A stretch of 56,974 bases of DNA, counting the filler, from Sphacelaria rigidula (lineage: Eukaryota), in assembly GCA_964200075.2 (NCBI GenBank). It is 6 parts of 6 records of this genome, joined end to end, with 100 filler letters (N's around TTAATTAATTAA, not from the genome) between each part and the next. Parts side by side here need not be neighbours in the genome. Positions count along the whole stretch, not along the records: positions 9,514 to 18,926 come from CAXNAA020008562.1; positions 19,027 to 28,439 come from CAXNAA020008563.1; 4 more parts are not named here. The stretch is one strand, 5' to 3'. The notes beneath the pieces are model-generated. The model worked only from the letters and a program-made list of their open reading frames with translations. It was not told the DNA's origin and did not search any database. This document shows, piece after piece, positions 13,001 to 23,665 of the stretch (positions are counted from its first letter, which is position 1; every line of letters begins with the position of its first letter). The position numbers were made by a program, and so were the translations under genes.

Positions 13001-16000
13001 AAAAATCCGCGTCATATATCGCGGCAACGAAAACGCCGCCGAGTAGAAGCCCAAATGAATGAGGCACAGAACCCCCGAGGGTTGCTCGTGTCGAGCAAGC
13101 AAATTCCGGCCACGACATGGTGCAACCGACGAGTTCACGTTCGACCTCGGGAATAAAGATCAAAACAGACGTCCTCGCTTGCCCTCACTCTGACAAGAAT
13201 CAAACAGATCAATACGGGACATGTCTACACACATACAAGTACGTACACTACATAACTCACATCGTGGTGGCAAGACTACCCGCCGACTTCGAGAACATAT
13301 ACAGCGCCGGTGGCTGCGCCCCTTCTCCGATGGGAGGCATGGCACCCCTCCCATCCTCCACGAGGCAGGCGTACTTGAACATGACCGACGTGCCTCGGGC
13401 GGTAGTCTGTGCCGCATAGAACGACTCACCAACGCAGTCCCACACTTGCGCGTCTACGTTTGATTCAAAGATAAAAATTGGGGAAGCGGTAGCGACGGGG
13501 GGCGCGGGAAGGGGGTTGCTGGGAATGACATCAAACACAGAAAGGATAAAACAAAATAAATGAATGATGAAATAACGATGGCTCTGTTGTTCAAAATAAA
13601 AAAGGGACTTTCGTCGCTTCTTTTCGGGTTGTAGACGTCGCCAGCCCCCCCCACGTGAATCCGGCAAACGCCTCGACATTCCAGGATCTCGTACAGAGAT
13701 GCCTTCCTCCACCACTCGCTGCGTTCCTCGGTTTCCTGCTGCTCCTCCCTCGCCCTGTGGGTGCCCCCATCATCTTGCTGATCACCTCATTTCGTGATAG
13801 CACACAGGTACCTACTCAGCTACAAATTAGGCTGGTGTTTATATCACGAATATTTTCCTCGTCTCAACACCTCAAACAACAAAAGAAGGGAAAAAAACTC
13901 ACACTCTAGAGCTTGAGACGCTGACAGGAAAGAGCCGAATTGCGACATCGGTCGGACGGGGCAAGTGCATGCGGCCGTTTCCTTCTCCGACATGAGCAGG
14001 TGAAACATGCGCAGCACGTCGTCCAGCCCATTCTCCAGGTGCCCGGTATCGGCGTCCAGAATGTACACCGCCTCAGGTTCAGCCGCCTGACGGAACGAGA
14101 TCACCGCAGTGGATGATGATCAAGCGTTGTGTGTCGCAGAGGCCAGGCCGGCATATTAGTAACAGTACCAGTGTTGGATATACGCCGGCTTCAGAAGGGG
14201 GGGGGGGGGGAAATCTCCGCGATTGAGAACATCTGAGAGCCATTACCAGCAGAGAGAGGCGACAGCTGAAGATGACAATATTGTGTACACTGACTGTGCG
14301 TGCCAATTTCCGCCTGTAAAGACTCTGCATCATCACGTCCCGTGCCGTACGCATGTCGCGTGAAGGCAGTCAAGAATGGGAAAGACGAAACGAACACACG
14401 GGAATAGCGGTACACCGCGGAACACACGCCTACCCCTCCCACATACATCATCCATTTCGTTCCATTGTCATTGCATACGGACATGCCTCTCATGCACGTG
14501 CACTTCCACATCTCACCTCCCCCCGCGTGATCTTCGCCGGGAGAATTTCCTCGAAGAACATAACCAGACTGTTGCGCTTCCCCTGAGGAAGTGACTGACC
14601 CTGCCAATCAGAGCAACATCGTGCACAAAATATCCACAAATTACAGTCGGGTGGGTGAAATATCAGTCGAGATATTCCGCGTGGGGGAAAAGGGGCATCG
14701 GGAGAGGCGAGTCTCCATACCCAACTCTACGATGATCTCTAGTGCATTTTTCACGTTTCGCATCCCCCCCTCACCTCGTCGAGAACTGTACCCAGCTGAG
14801 TAAACAAGCTCGGGAAGGGTGCGTGTACGGCACCAATGGCGATATACGCACTCGGCGGACCTATTTTAAGAGGTAGTAGCCTGCAAGAAGCTCGGGTCCG
14901 ATTTCACGTTTCAAAACCTCACGGACAGCCGGCCGCACAATCGCCTGCCCTTCTGTCGTGTTCCAATGGTGGTTTGCTAGCCTTTGAGGTGATAATAAAA
15001 AGTTACACCACTCTGGACCACAACACAAAAACTAGTTTCGCTCATCAACGAGGGTTTTGGGGATGCGCGGTGGCGCTGCCGGATGCTGGACCCTGCACCC
15101 ACACCTGAACTGATTCAACATTGTGGAGCGGTTTCGTCTTTGACCACTTCCTGCCCCCGATTATTTCGTGTGTTATCCACGATGAGACGAGAGTGCTGGA
15201 GCCTCGCTTTGCACGTGAACACTATTCCAGACTTGCAACACCATGGGTAGCTTCGGCCAGATGAGAGTAAGCAAAATAGGCACTTGGAATCATTTCATCA
15301 ACGCGGTCAGAATTGTTAATTTTGGACAACGTTCCCATGAAGAACTCTTGAAGGTTTTGAGCTTTGCCAATTGCACGTCGTTACGTTGCATTTTCTTGGT
15401 GAAACAAAGCAATTTAAGGCTCGAGGTTTTTACACGTCCGACAGCTAACGAGCTGCCCACACTAAAACTTTACCCTTTGATGGTTCACTGATCCGGATCA
15501 TGAGATGGGTAATATGATCCCTTCTTCCATACTCGTTCCCAACAGCGCTGAACTCCAACCACGCGGAGTAGCGCAAAGGTAGCATACTGATCTTTCAGAC
15601 TCCGCTGTCACGCACTGTGTGATCTCGGTGAACGGATCTGACAGTTCCCTTCCAGTACTTATTTTTGGTGGCTCATGAGCTGCGCGACGTGTGCAAGTGT
15701 TGTAATTTGCACTAATCTTGATTTTTCAAAGTGTTTGAGCTCCAGGAGAAACATGTTTGGTGACCGACTTGCCGAGTCGTGGAGCTCCGTTGCGTCCTGT
15801 TCGCGCTAATGGAGTCTTCACCGTTGTGACATCGTGCGCCACGTACGAGTATTCATTATATAGTTGATAGCTATTTTTCACAACTTACCGAGACGCTGTT
15901 TTGGAATTGTTACGGGGACATGGAAAAGGGTTGGGAACAGGAAAGAGACAAAATATGTAACAGATGATGCGTAAGTTCTTCACCTTGACGTAAATATCGA

Positions 16001-16477
16001 ACGGAACCTGACTCTTGGGTATGACGCCCGACTCCCTCATGCACCCGAATTCTCCATAGGAATCTTGAGACTGTCCGGCCTCGCTTTTCTCCTCGCCTTT
16101 GCTACCGGATTCATTGACGGGCAGCAGCCGTCGCAGCTCCTGGTCACCACGAATAGAACCCCACGCCACAAAATCGACATACATGAACGAAAGAGTCGAC
16201 GGATTTGTGACTGTGCATCTTTTAATCGGGGGGTGGGAGGGAGGGGGGGGGAGGGGCTGCGGGGGAAATATTGTTGGTGTGCTGGTCTACGGAAGAACGA
16301 AGCAGTCCGTCTATTGTTGTTTTGCTCTCATCCCGTAACACACAAAAAATCCATCAAAGTGGCGAAGCGGGCGAAGAGTAACCGATCTTGTTGAGTCAAA
16401 AGAAACACCTGCCAACCTCGTCGCTCCCGAGCGAGGGCCGAGTACTGTAAAGGCGCGTGTGGTCGTCAACCACGAGG
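10048..16477 (-). CDS. Chitin-synthase-like processive GT2 glycosyltransferase, partial spliced gene (9 reconstructed exons; both ends incomplete)
   Basis: Exons on the minus strand: 16477-16417, 16139-15984, 14600-14517, 14086-13903, 13453-13261, 12439-12305, 11849-11763, 11169-11071, 10161-10048. All have AG/GT boundaries and matching phases; 1113 nt with no stops. Joined translation: LVVDDHTRLY...YGEFGCMRESGVIPKSQVPFDIYVK-GQSLPQGKRNSLVMFFEEIL...EAVYILDADTG...SASQALE-Y-AQVWDCVGESFYAAQTTARGTSVMFKYACL...TI-LLDVSPDDGMLVLLRQ...ADAVTCVPPSLLEFYAQR-R-RWYAAS, then two hydrophobic segments (MALYTVVFNIYLHSGVVFLPVLLA; WIVFLVVWGFLLVNTVLYLFVSY). The order DD, GKRxS, DADT, QxxEY, (E)D, QRRRW, TMs is the chitin synthase signature. 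Confidence 0.88.
10274..10740. mobile_element. Copy of the same repeat, inside an intron of the chitin-synthase-like gene
   Basis: Starts GGGGGGAGGGATGTATTCATGATC; homologous to the reverse complement of 5415-5876. Confidence 0.75.
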
Positions 16478-17440
16478 CTATTTCGAAGGAAATCTCCCGA
16501 TCAACCACAACGGCAGCGCAGCGAAAATTCAGGTTGTCAGGCTATACTACTATTACTATACTATTCAAGTACACTTTTCACGATACTACTGCTTTGGCCT
16601 TGCTACGTAGCAGAAAACAGGATGCTGATCCACGACGTACATGTGTACGCCAAGGATCGGATCGGATACCTGCAGACGTGCTTGGAAGCGGCAAACAGCA
16701 GAATAATTCAAGCTGCCGAGTCGTCGAACTTGACGTACATTAAGCAACACACGTACACGAAGGAGGACGTGGACGCGTTGATGGTATTTCCTTTCGTGAT
16801 AAAGGACAACGTCCACAACCTCATGCTCAAAAGGGACGAGCATCTTGTTGCGCCAACCGAAGTCGATGCCGAGTTTGACCTGCACAAAAGTTTTGGAGAG
16901 ACAACAGGACCCGTCCTCCGACATAGCACAGCTTGGCGATGGACCTGGCACTGATCCAGCCATCGTTGTGCTTCATAAACCGTGTTTCTGTATTCATGCT
17001 GCGGGCGTGGATGGACTGAAGGAAGGGGCGAGCGCTCAGCGATCGAATTATTGCAGCGATGCCCCTCAAATACAACAAAGGGAGAGGTTAAAATAGTTCA
17101 TGAGCGTTTGGGGGTACAGCTATCAGTGATGGTGGTGGATGGTGAGTGCAACTTCGCTATGCAGTGAAAACACTGCAGCACCACGTAAAGTAAAGAGGAA
17201 AATGTATAAATGTGGCGAAGTGTGTCGAGCACAGGGCGTCGCCATCTGCATTAATTTGAGGTACACTTCATCCAGGGGAATCTCCGAACCGATTCGATGT
17301 AGCATGTGGGTTGCAGGCTCAGGTCGTCTCCATTCCCCAACTTTTTTCACGTATCTTTTCCGCCGGTGGTTTTGTTCCTTGGGTTTTGTTTTCATGCTCA
17401 TCTCGCGCTCCCTGCTGTATTCGTAGCAGATCTGTTCTCA

Positions 17441-17649
17441 GGCCGTTTCTTCCGGTTCGTATTTTGTTTGGCTCGTATTTCCCACTTTCAGGACATTTGA
17501 CAAGGTTTTTGACCTCCTAACAGAGAAAATCGCTGCCACACGTCTTGGACACTTTGTATCACCCCACCGTTTGGGGGTCAAAAACCTTGTCATATGCCCC
17601 AAAAGTGGAAAATACGAGCCAAACAAAATACGAACCGGAAGAAACGGCC
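17441..17649. mobile_element. MITE with ~75-bp TIRs
   Basis: GGCCGTTTCTTCCGGTTCGTATTTTGTTTGGCTCGTATTT...GACAAGGTTTTTGACC / GGTCAAAAACCTTGTC...AAATACGAGCCAAACAAAATACGAACCGGAAGAAACGGCC. Confidence 0.88.
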
Positions 17650-17808
17650 CCATGCTCGACAATCGATCTCTAGGTAATTGTTCCCTTGTTTTTTTTTAGG
17701 CAGGGGGTCGTTTCTCGTCATTGGACACGAGTTCCTCGGCATCGCGAATGCAACGAGTCAACAGATTATACGTGAACTCCTCCATAATGCATACGAGATA
17801 CCATAGAT

Positions 17809-17940
17809 GCCGGTCGCCCCGGTGGCTCAGTTGGTAACCTCGCAAGCTTCCGACAGTTGGTAGTGGGTTCAAATCTCGGAGCGATCTGGGATTTCTCCTC
17901 GCACCATGTCCAACGGTGGGGAGCGACCATGTGATGGGTA
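17809..17940 (+). mobile_element. 5' part of the tRNA-derived SINE
   Basis: GCCGGTCGCCCCGGTGGCTCAGTTGG...GGGTTCAAATCTCGGAGCGATCTGGGATT; similarity stops where an inverted-repeat element (~17940-18147) begins. Confidence 0.8.
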
Positions 17941-18507
17941 TTCACGCCGCTTCTTTTGGATTGAAAAAAGTCTGAGAAAAGTCGTTTTGGTCACTCTTCA
18001 GAGACTTTTTTCAGAACGCGACCTGATACGGTCATTTTTCATTTCAAAAGCCTCTGGAAATTGGCCACAATTTGCAGACAGAGGGATCTTGCCAAATCTC
18101 TCCGCGAAAAGCCATCGATTCGCGTAGTCTTTTCTCAGTCTGCGAATTGTCGTTCCATCACACATTCCTCGCACACCGCACCCGTAATGGTACAGTCAGT
18201 GCAAAAGTAGTTGCCCATGTTTTATGTACAGTATAGTGCCAAAAGCATAGCTGCTATAGCACTCCGTGCATCCTTTTCATGACCGTAGAACCAGGGGCAG
18301 ACAGTGCAGTGTTTTATTGCCCGCAGCGTTGCTATCGTGAAATAGCACGATGACGCCCCTGCTGGCTGTGTTGATTATGCTCGTATCGTTTGATGCTCGT
18401 CGTGCCCGCCACCGATCGCGGACTCTGTAGTATTCTGCGTACTCAGACGGTTGCTACCGCACTACTGACTGTCACGTTATTTTTCTTGTGTGCGGAATGG
18501 CACAAAC

Positions 18508-18622
18508 CGTCTGCTGCACACATTGCGCCGCTTGCGACACGACTACTACTGTACCAAGCGGCGATCGGCTGAAGTAAAGGTTGATGCGCTCATCACTTCG
18601 ATCCCCACTATACCAGTAGCTA
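18508..18622 (-). CDS. Tentative upstream exon of the chitin-synthase-like gene
   Basis: cacag|TAGCTAC...CAGACG|gtttgt gives SYWYSGDRSDERINLYFSRSPLGTVVVVSQAAQCVQQT. A hydrophobic segment (LVVVIICILYLCHLR, ~18735-18790) lies further upstream in the same frame. This loosely resembles the post-TM 'W...ER...LF' segment before the catalytic domain of chitin synthases. The linking exon(s) to 16477 were not resolved. Confidence 0.4.
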
Positions 18623-18926
18623 CTGTGCATGTGCGTGTGTGCGTCTGTGTGTTTGTGTCTACGTGTGTGTTGCCATCCCATCCATGCTGTATCTTGACAG
18701 GATTTATCACGTGTTGGTTCACCACAGGCTCGCCGCAGGTGGCACAAGTACAAAATGCAAATGATGACCACTACTAGCGTAGCACGCAGGCTAGATGATG
18801 ACCTCGGGTGTACAAATCCCCAGGATTCTTTCAAGGATCGGACGATTGATGATTCGTCTGGAAATTACTTGGTTCAAGTATGATGAGTCGATTCGCGACG
18901 AATCAATCCCTAGGCTATATTTCAGC

Positions 18927-19026
18927 NNNNNNNNNNNNNNNNNNNNNNNNNNNNNNNNNNNNNNNNNNNNTTAATTAATTAANNNNNNNNNNNNNNNNNN
19001 NNNNNNNNNNNNNNNNNNNNNNNNNN
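18927..19026. other. Artificial contig linker
   Basis: N44-TTAATTAATTAA-N44. Confidence 0.97.
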
Positions 19027-19586
19027 AAGCCTTATGACACTTATGCCGGAAGTTGTATCTACACAATATTTAGACTACAGTGTCGAGTGTACATATCATC
19101 TGGCGCAGCGGCCGGAGGTATAGGCATGAAGGCCACTGGACACCGCTATCATACGATCCATCCCGTCACTCGTCACATAATAATGCCGATCGCCCGTATT
19201 GCGCAACGAGCTCTTCGAAAATTCGAGAAAATAATCTTGTTTTTTAGTTTTGTCGAAAAACCGACCGAGAAGTGCTCGGTTACGTTTTTTTTCGTTTAAA
19301 AAAAAAAAAAACGACCGAAACCGACCGACTTTTTCGAAAAAACCCGAAAAACCGACCGAGCCATTTTCAGCTTTGGTTCACAACATTGGTCCCAGATCAT
19401 AAAATGGGAATTCGAACGGCAACACGGCGATAAGCGGCGATGCTGCAGACACCACACACCTGGCAAAACACTCATCATGTTGCCAGAATATGTTCTGTCT
19501 GGATAATGAATGCTTCGGGCGTGAATAAGGCGGGGTTTTCATGTGCGGAAATAATAATAATAACAATAATAATAATAATAATAATA

Positions 19587-20002
19587 TGGAGAAGTGCCTT
19601 GTTGGAGCTCTTACATCATTTTACGTCCCAAAAGAGAGCTAGGCGGAGTTTGGCACCTTGGAATAACTTGCTCTACTAGTTGAGGCGGTTCCAGGACACC
19701 TTCCCGTTTTCCGGTGGGCGCAGTTCATATTGTGGCCAAACAAGAATATTTGTCCAAGAACGGTAAAAAACAGACAAATCTAGACAAAAAACGCCATTTT
19801 TCTCTGGACTCGACTGTTTTTTACCGTTCTTGGACAAATATGCTTGTTTGGCCAGAAAATAAAAACTGCGCCCACCGGAAAACGGGAAGATGTCCTGGAA
19901 TCGCCTCAACTAGTAGAGCAAGTCATTCCAAAGTGTCAAACTCCGCCCAGCTCTTGGGGGGGGCGTAAAAAGACGTAAAAGCTCCGAAAAGGCACTTTTC
20001 CA
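19587..20002. mobile_element. Fold-back MITE, ~415 bp, next to an (AAT)n microsatellite at ~19549-19586
   Basis: Near-continuous inverted symmetry, e.g. TTGCTCTACTAGTTGAGGCG.TTCCAGGACA.CTTCCCGTTTTCCGGTGGGCGCAGTT and its reverse complement at ~19864-19922. Confidence 0.88.
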
Positions 20003-20149
20003 GATTTTATTTTCATCTGTTAAGACGAGCGGCCTCATCACTTGAAAAAACATCATTATTGTAGAAAACGACCGATGGTTGGTTGCTGCGACACCCCCCC
20101 CCCCTGAAGAAATAATTGCCAAAAAATCTCTCTTGCGAAAGTGATTTTG

Positions 20150-20790
20150 TGACACCTCGAACGGGAACATAAAACGTCCCGTTGACAGGGGCTTAACCAA
20201 AGGCTTGGCAGACAAGCCAACACAATCAAACGTGAACCTGAGGATCGCATTGCCGTCATAAAACAATGCACACCCCGTCATCCATTGCTGCTCCTTAGCT
20301 GAGCATGCTGTGGGTGACCTTGTTCGAATCGGTTCAGAATTCAGTGATAAATGATGACTTGCGTGAGACGCGCGCACAGCACACGCTCACAAAACGCCAA
20401 CAACGGCACGCTTTCGGCTGCAATTCGACACGCACGCGGCCGCCTCTCATCCAATACTGAACGGATTTCCGTCAAACAAAGACTGTCGTGTGCAGATGAT
20501 TAAGAGCTAGCGCTTAAGTTAATGCGCGTGAGTGGTGGGTGTCTGTACGTGGGTTTTCGTGGCTCGGTGTGTCGACGCTGTGTTACCTTGTTGCGTCTTG
20601 TCTGCAGCAGTACAGAGATATCGAACTATCGGCCACTTCCAGGACCGCCGCATTTTGGTGCCTGTGTGGAGATCTGGGCTTCGATCTGGACAAAACTGCT
20701 TGTCGATAAGACTCACCACTAGACGTTGTGGGGGTAATCACTCCTCCAAAAGTGACCTTTTGAACAGTGATAATCACTTCCGATAAGACT
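20150..20790. mobile_element. Dispersed repeat; reverse copy at ~54110-54735
   Basis: AATGCGCGTGAGTGGTGGGT...TTGTTGCGTCTTGTCTGCAGCA...CACTTCCAG.ACCGCCGCATTT matches the reverse complement of 54130-54375; the flanks are also colinear. Confidence 0.75.
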
Positions 20791-20951
20791 CCGCCTGATC
20801 AACGTGACATTTTTTGGTCACCGCCGACCTCAAGCCACAAAACCAGAAAAACGAAACCAGCCGGGACGGAAAATATTATATCTTGAATATCAAGACGATA
20901 CTTGCGCGTGGTTCATGTGAATGAGAGAGGTAACATTGCTTCCTTGCTTCT

Positions 20952-23665
20952 TTATCTCGCCTGTATCGCCTCCTCCAGGCTACGCTGCAGCGATGGGGGC
21001 CGGACACGATCACCAAGTAAGCATCCGGCTGTCGTCGCCATCATCATCGATGACGTCGAAGAGTCCCAGCTGTCGCCAAGAGAACCTTCGCCCCCGCCGC
21101 CTCCTCTGCCTCGCTTCCTATCGATATTGCCGTTTCGGAAGTCCCTCTCACTGTTGAATACCTGCGGCCTCGCGTGTTCCCCACCATGCCACGTGGCCGT
21201 CAATGCCAAGTGCCCGCGTCTCCTGGCCACCATTGAGTTCCTCTCACCTCTCGCGCCTCCGCCGCCGTGTACATCGATTACTTTTGCCGTGTATGAACAG
21301 CGACGACTGTCGTCGAGAACGGCTGCCGTCGGAGTAGATCCACGCTGTTGCTTTTGCCATCTGGACTGTCTCCCGCGGTGGGTATCAGAGGCAGAGTCGC
21401 AGTCCTTGCCGCCGGCGGTGGCACCCGTGGCGCCGACAACACTTCCAGCCGACGGTGACGGGGACGTGGCAAAATGCTCGGATCTCCTCCGCCGCGGCCG
21501 CCCACTTTCGCGATCATCGCCTCTCCCTCTCTCGCTACTCCACCTGCGCCTCTCGCTCTCGCCATTACCACCGACACTATCAACACCACCATCACCACCG
21601 CCGCTGTCGCCGCTGCAGTCTATGGCACCGCTCCTCTCGAATCCACGCCGTGATTTCACGTTTTTCCCCGATCGGTCTCGTCCTTTTCCTTCTAGTCTAT
21701 ACGGTAGATCGAGACTACGGTTGTTGACGCCACGTGTAGATTCCACGCGCGCGAGAATTCGGTCGGTTACGTCGCGAGTCGGCGTGGATCTACTGCTGGG
21801 GTACGGGCGCACCGGGAATCCTGATGGCGGATCTGTTGAGGCCGAGGACGTGGGGTCGTTTGGCCGCCAGGGATGTTCGACCGTGGGCTTAGTTGAAGAC
21901 GAATGTTCACCGGTGTTGCTGGGTTGGCGTTGACCACATGACTGGGGGCGTACCGAGGCATCGACGGCTGCACACCGCCGAACAAAGGCCGGAGAGTGGT
22001 GAAAAAGCGCAAGTAAAGTGAAGCGAGCGTACATGAAGGCATGGGGGGGTGGGGGTGGAGAATAGGGCATATGACTTGTGAAGCCGGACATTCGCGTTTG
22101 CACCGAACAGCGAACTTTTTTGCATCACAACGCCGAGCACGACGTGCGACAGAACTATATCCTTGAAACAAAAGGGCAAAACTACCTTACCATGTACTCT
22201 ACAGCGAGGAACAAACTTTGCGTACGATGCATCCAATAAGATATGCTCGACACATTTCTTACCACAGTACACTGCACCAGTGTAAGGGAAGAAGAGGGTA
22301 GTACGTGCTCACCGCGGGAGGCAGTCGTGACAGCAGCTGCGCCCATGAACCCTATCAGTCTTCGCTGGCCCTGCCGCTCCAGTAGCGCTCGCGTAATGGC
22401 ATCGAATGGCTCCGACAGGACGTCAACCCTGCGGTGAAAAGAGGTCACAAGACGTTCGATGGTGGGGTGCCGCGCGACTTTCAGCGACAGTAAATCGTCC
22501 ATTATCCATACGCTGTCTCTTTGCCTTTGCTATCATGGCTAGAGCTGCAGCATTCTAATTCTCTACCTCATCACCGGAAATACTGGTCCGTAACGTGTGC
22601 ACGCACGTGCGTTACATGCTTAACAATGCCTCCCGTGCGAGAGCGCGCCGGTCTCTCCGCCACTTGTGAACACCACCCCTACCCCTTGGACAATGTACAA
22701 TTGTACCCACGAGAAACGAAAACTCACCCGTCTAAAACGACCAGGGCATCACCAGGATGAACTGACCCATGCCGCGCGGCTTGCCCATCTGGCGTGACAC
22801 GGAAAACTCTGCAGCCCAACCGCCGCCCCTCCTTCCCCCGCCCAACCGCCTGCCCCTCTTCTCCCCGCCTCCGCCCGTCGCTGCCCCCGACGCCTGTCGA
22901 CTCGACCACAACAGCTTCGAGCTCTAGCCCTAGAGATCCAGGCTCAAAGGCCACCAAGGTACAGGCCACGGGAGGAGGCGGCGGCGGCGGGGCGGCGCGT
23001 TGGCACCCGTCCCGATGCGCTGAGATGGCAGGATTATCGTCAACATTACCCTGGAGAGGAGTAGGGGGGTTGTGCGTTCTGCCGTCGGCGCCACCGCCTC
23101 CATCGCGCGGGTGCTGGGTTTCATCGCCGCCGTTTCGGCTGTGGTAACGGTAGTGGTCCTTGTGATGATGTTCGTGTCCGGTGGTGGTCGTTGCTGACGG
23201 CTGTGGTGACGCGGGCGAAACCCGGCGGGGATCCTCGCGGGAGATGTCAACTTCCTGGTTGCGGAGGGGGGGCGGTGGCGGAGGGGGGTACACCGTCGCT
23301 GCCGCCGTCGCTGCTGCACCTCGACCGACACAGGTATCGTCAAGAGGTTGACCGGCTGAGAAAGCCACGGTGTCGCCTGGCTCCGGTAGCACTGACTGAG
23401 GAAAGCTGCTCTGCGAATCCGTCGCCCGTGGTAATCGCGCTTTGTCTTCCGACGTCAGCACGTGACTTGCCGATCCCCAGTACTTGGTGGTGTCGCTGAT
23501 GGCAGCGGCGGCGGCGGCGGTAGTGGCTGTCGGCGACGGAGTCGCCGTTGTGTCTGTGCTGGAAGACGAGAGTGACTTCGACGATGATGAGATCGAGTAT
23601 GATATACTCGTGTACGCTGTTGCGTTGGACTTATCGCGCAAAGGTGGGCGTGGTGCACGGTCCAT
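20952..23665 (-). CDS. PDZ-domain protein with long disordered low-complexity regions (3 exons, ~689 aa)
   Basis: Exons 23665-22728 (ATG start, in-frame stop upstream), 22428-22313 and 21967-20952, with GT-AG introns and matching phases (2, 1). The PDZ-like core spans intron 1: VAFEPGSLGLELEA...GCRVFRVTPDGQAARHGSVHPGDALVVLDG-VDVLSEPFDAITRALLERQGQRRLIGF. The 3' end is either TAA at 20952 or continues through a possible CAG|GCGAG donor. Confidence 0.8.

Noticed and set aside
13130-13190. Possible extra exon supplying an 'ASEDV' catalytic motif
   Set aside because: It would need a ~70-nt intron and hits a stop or breaks phase. The 13261-to-12439 junction already gives correct phase and motif spacing.
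15106-15151. Candidate micro-exon in the chitin-synthase-like gene
   Set aside because: Has a stop in the required phase 0; the 15984-to-14600 junction joins cleanly without it.
17809-17885. tRNA gene (also at 44453, 45908, 50354, 6422)
   Set aside because: A/B boxes are present but there is no proper acceptor or anticodon stem, and each of the four family copies continues into a shared SINE body.
20902-21933. 343-aa plus-strand ORF
   Set aside because: Antisense shadow of the GC-rich PDZ-gene exon; splice phases support the minus strand.
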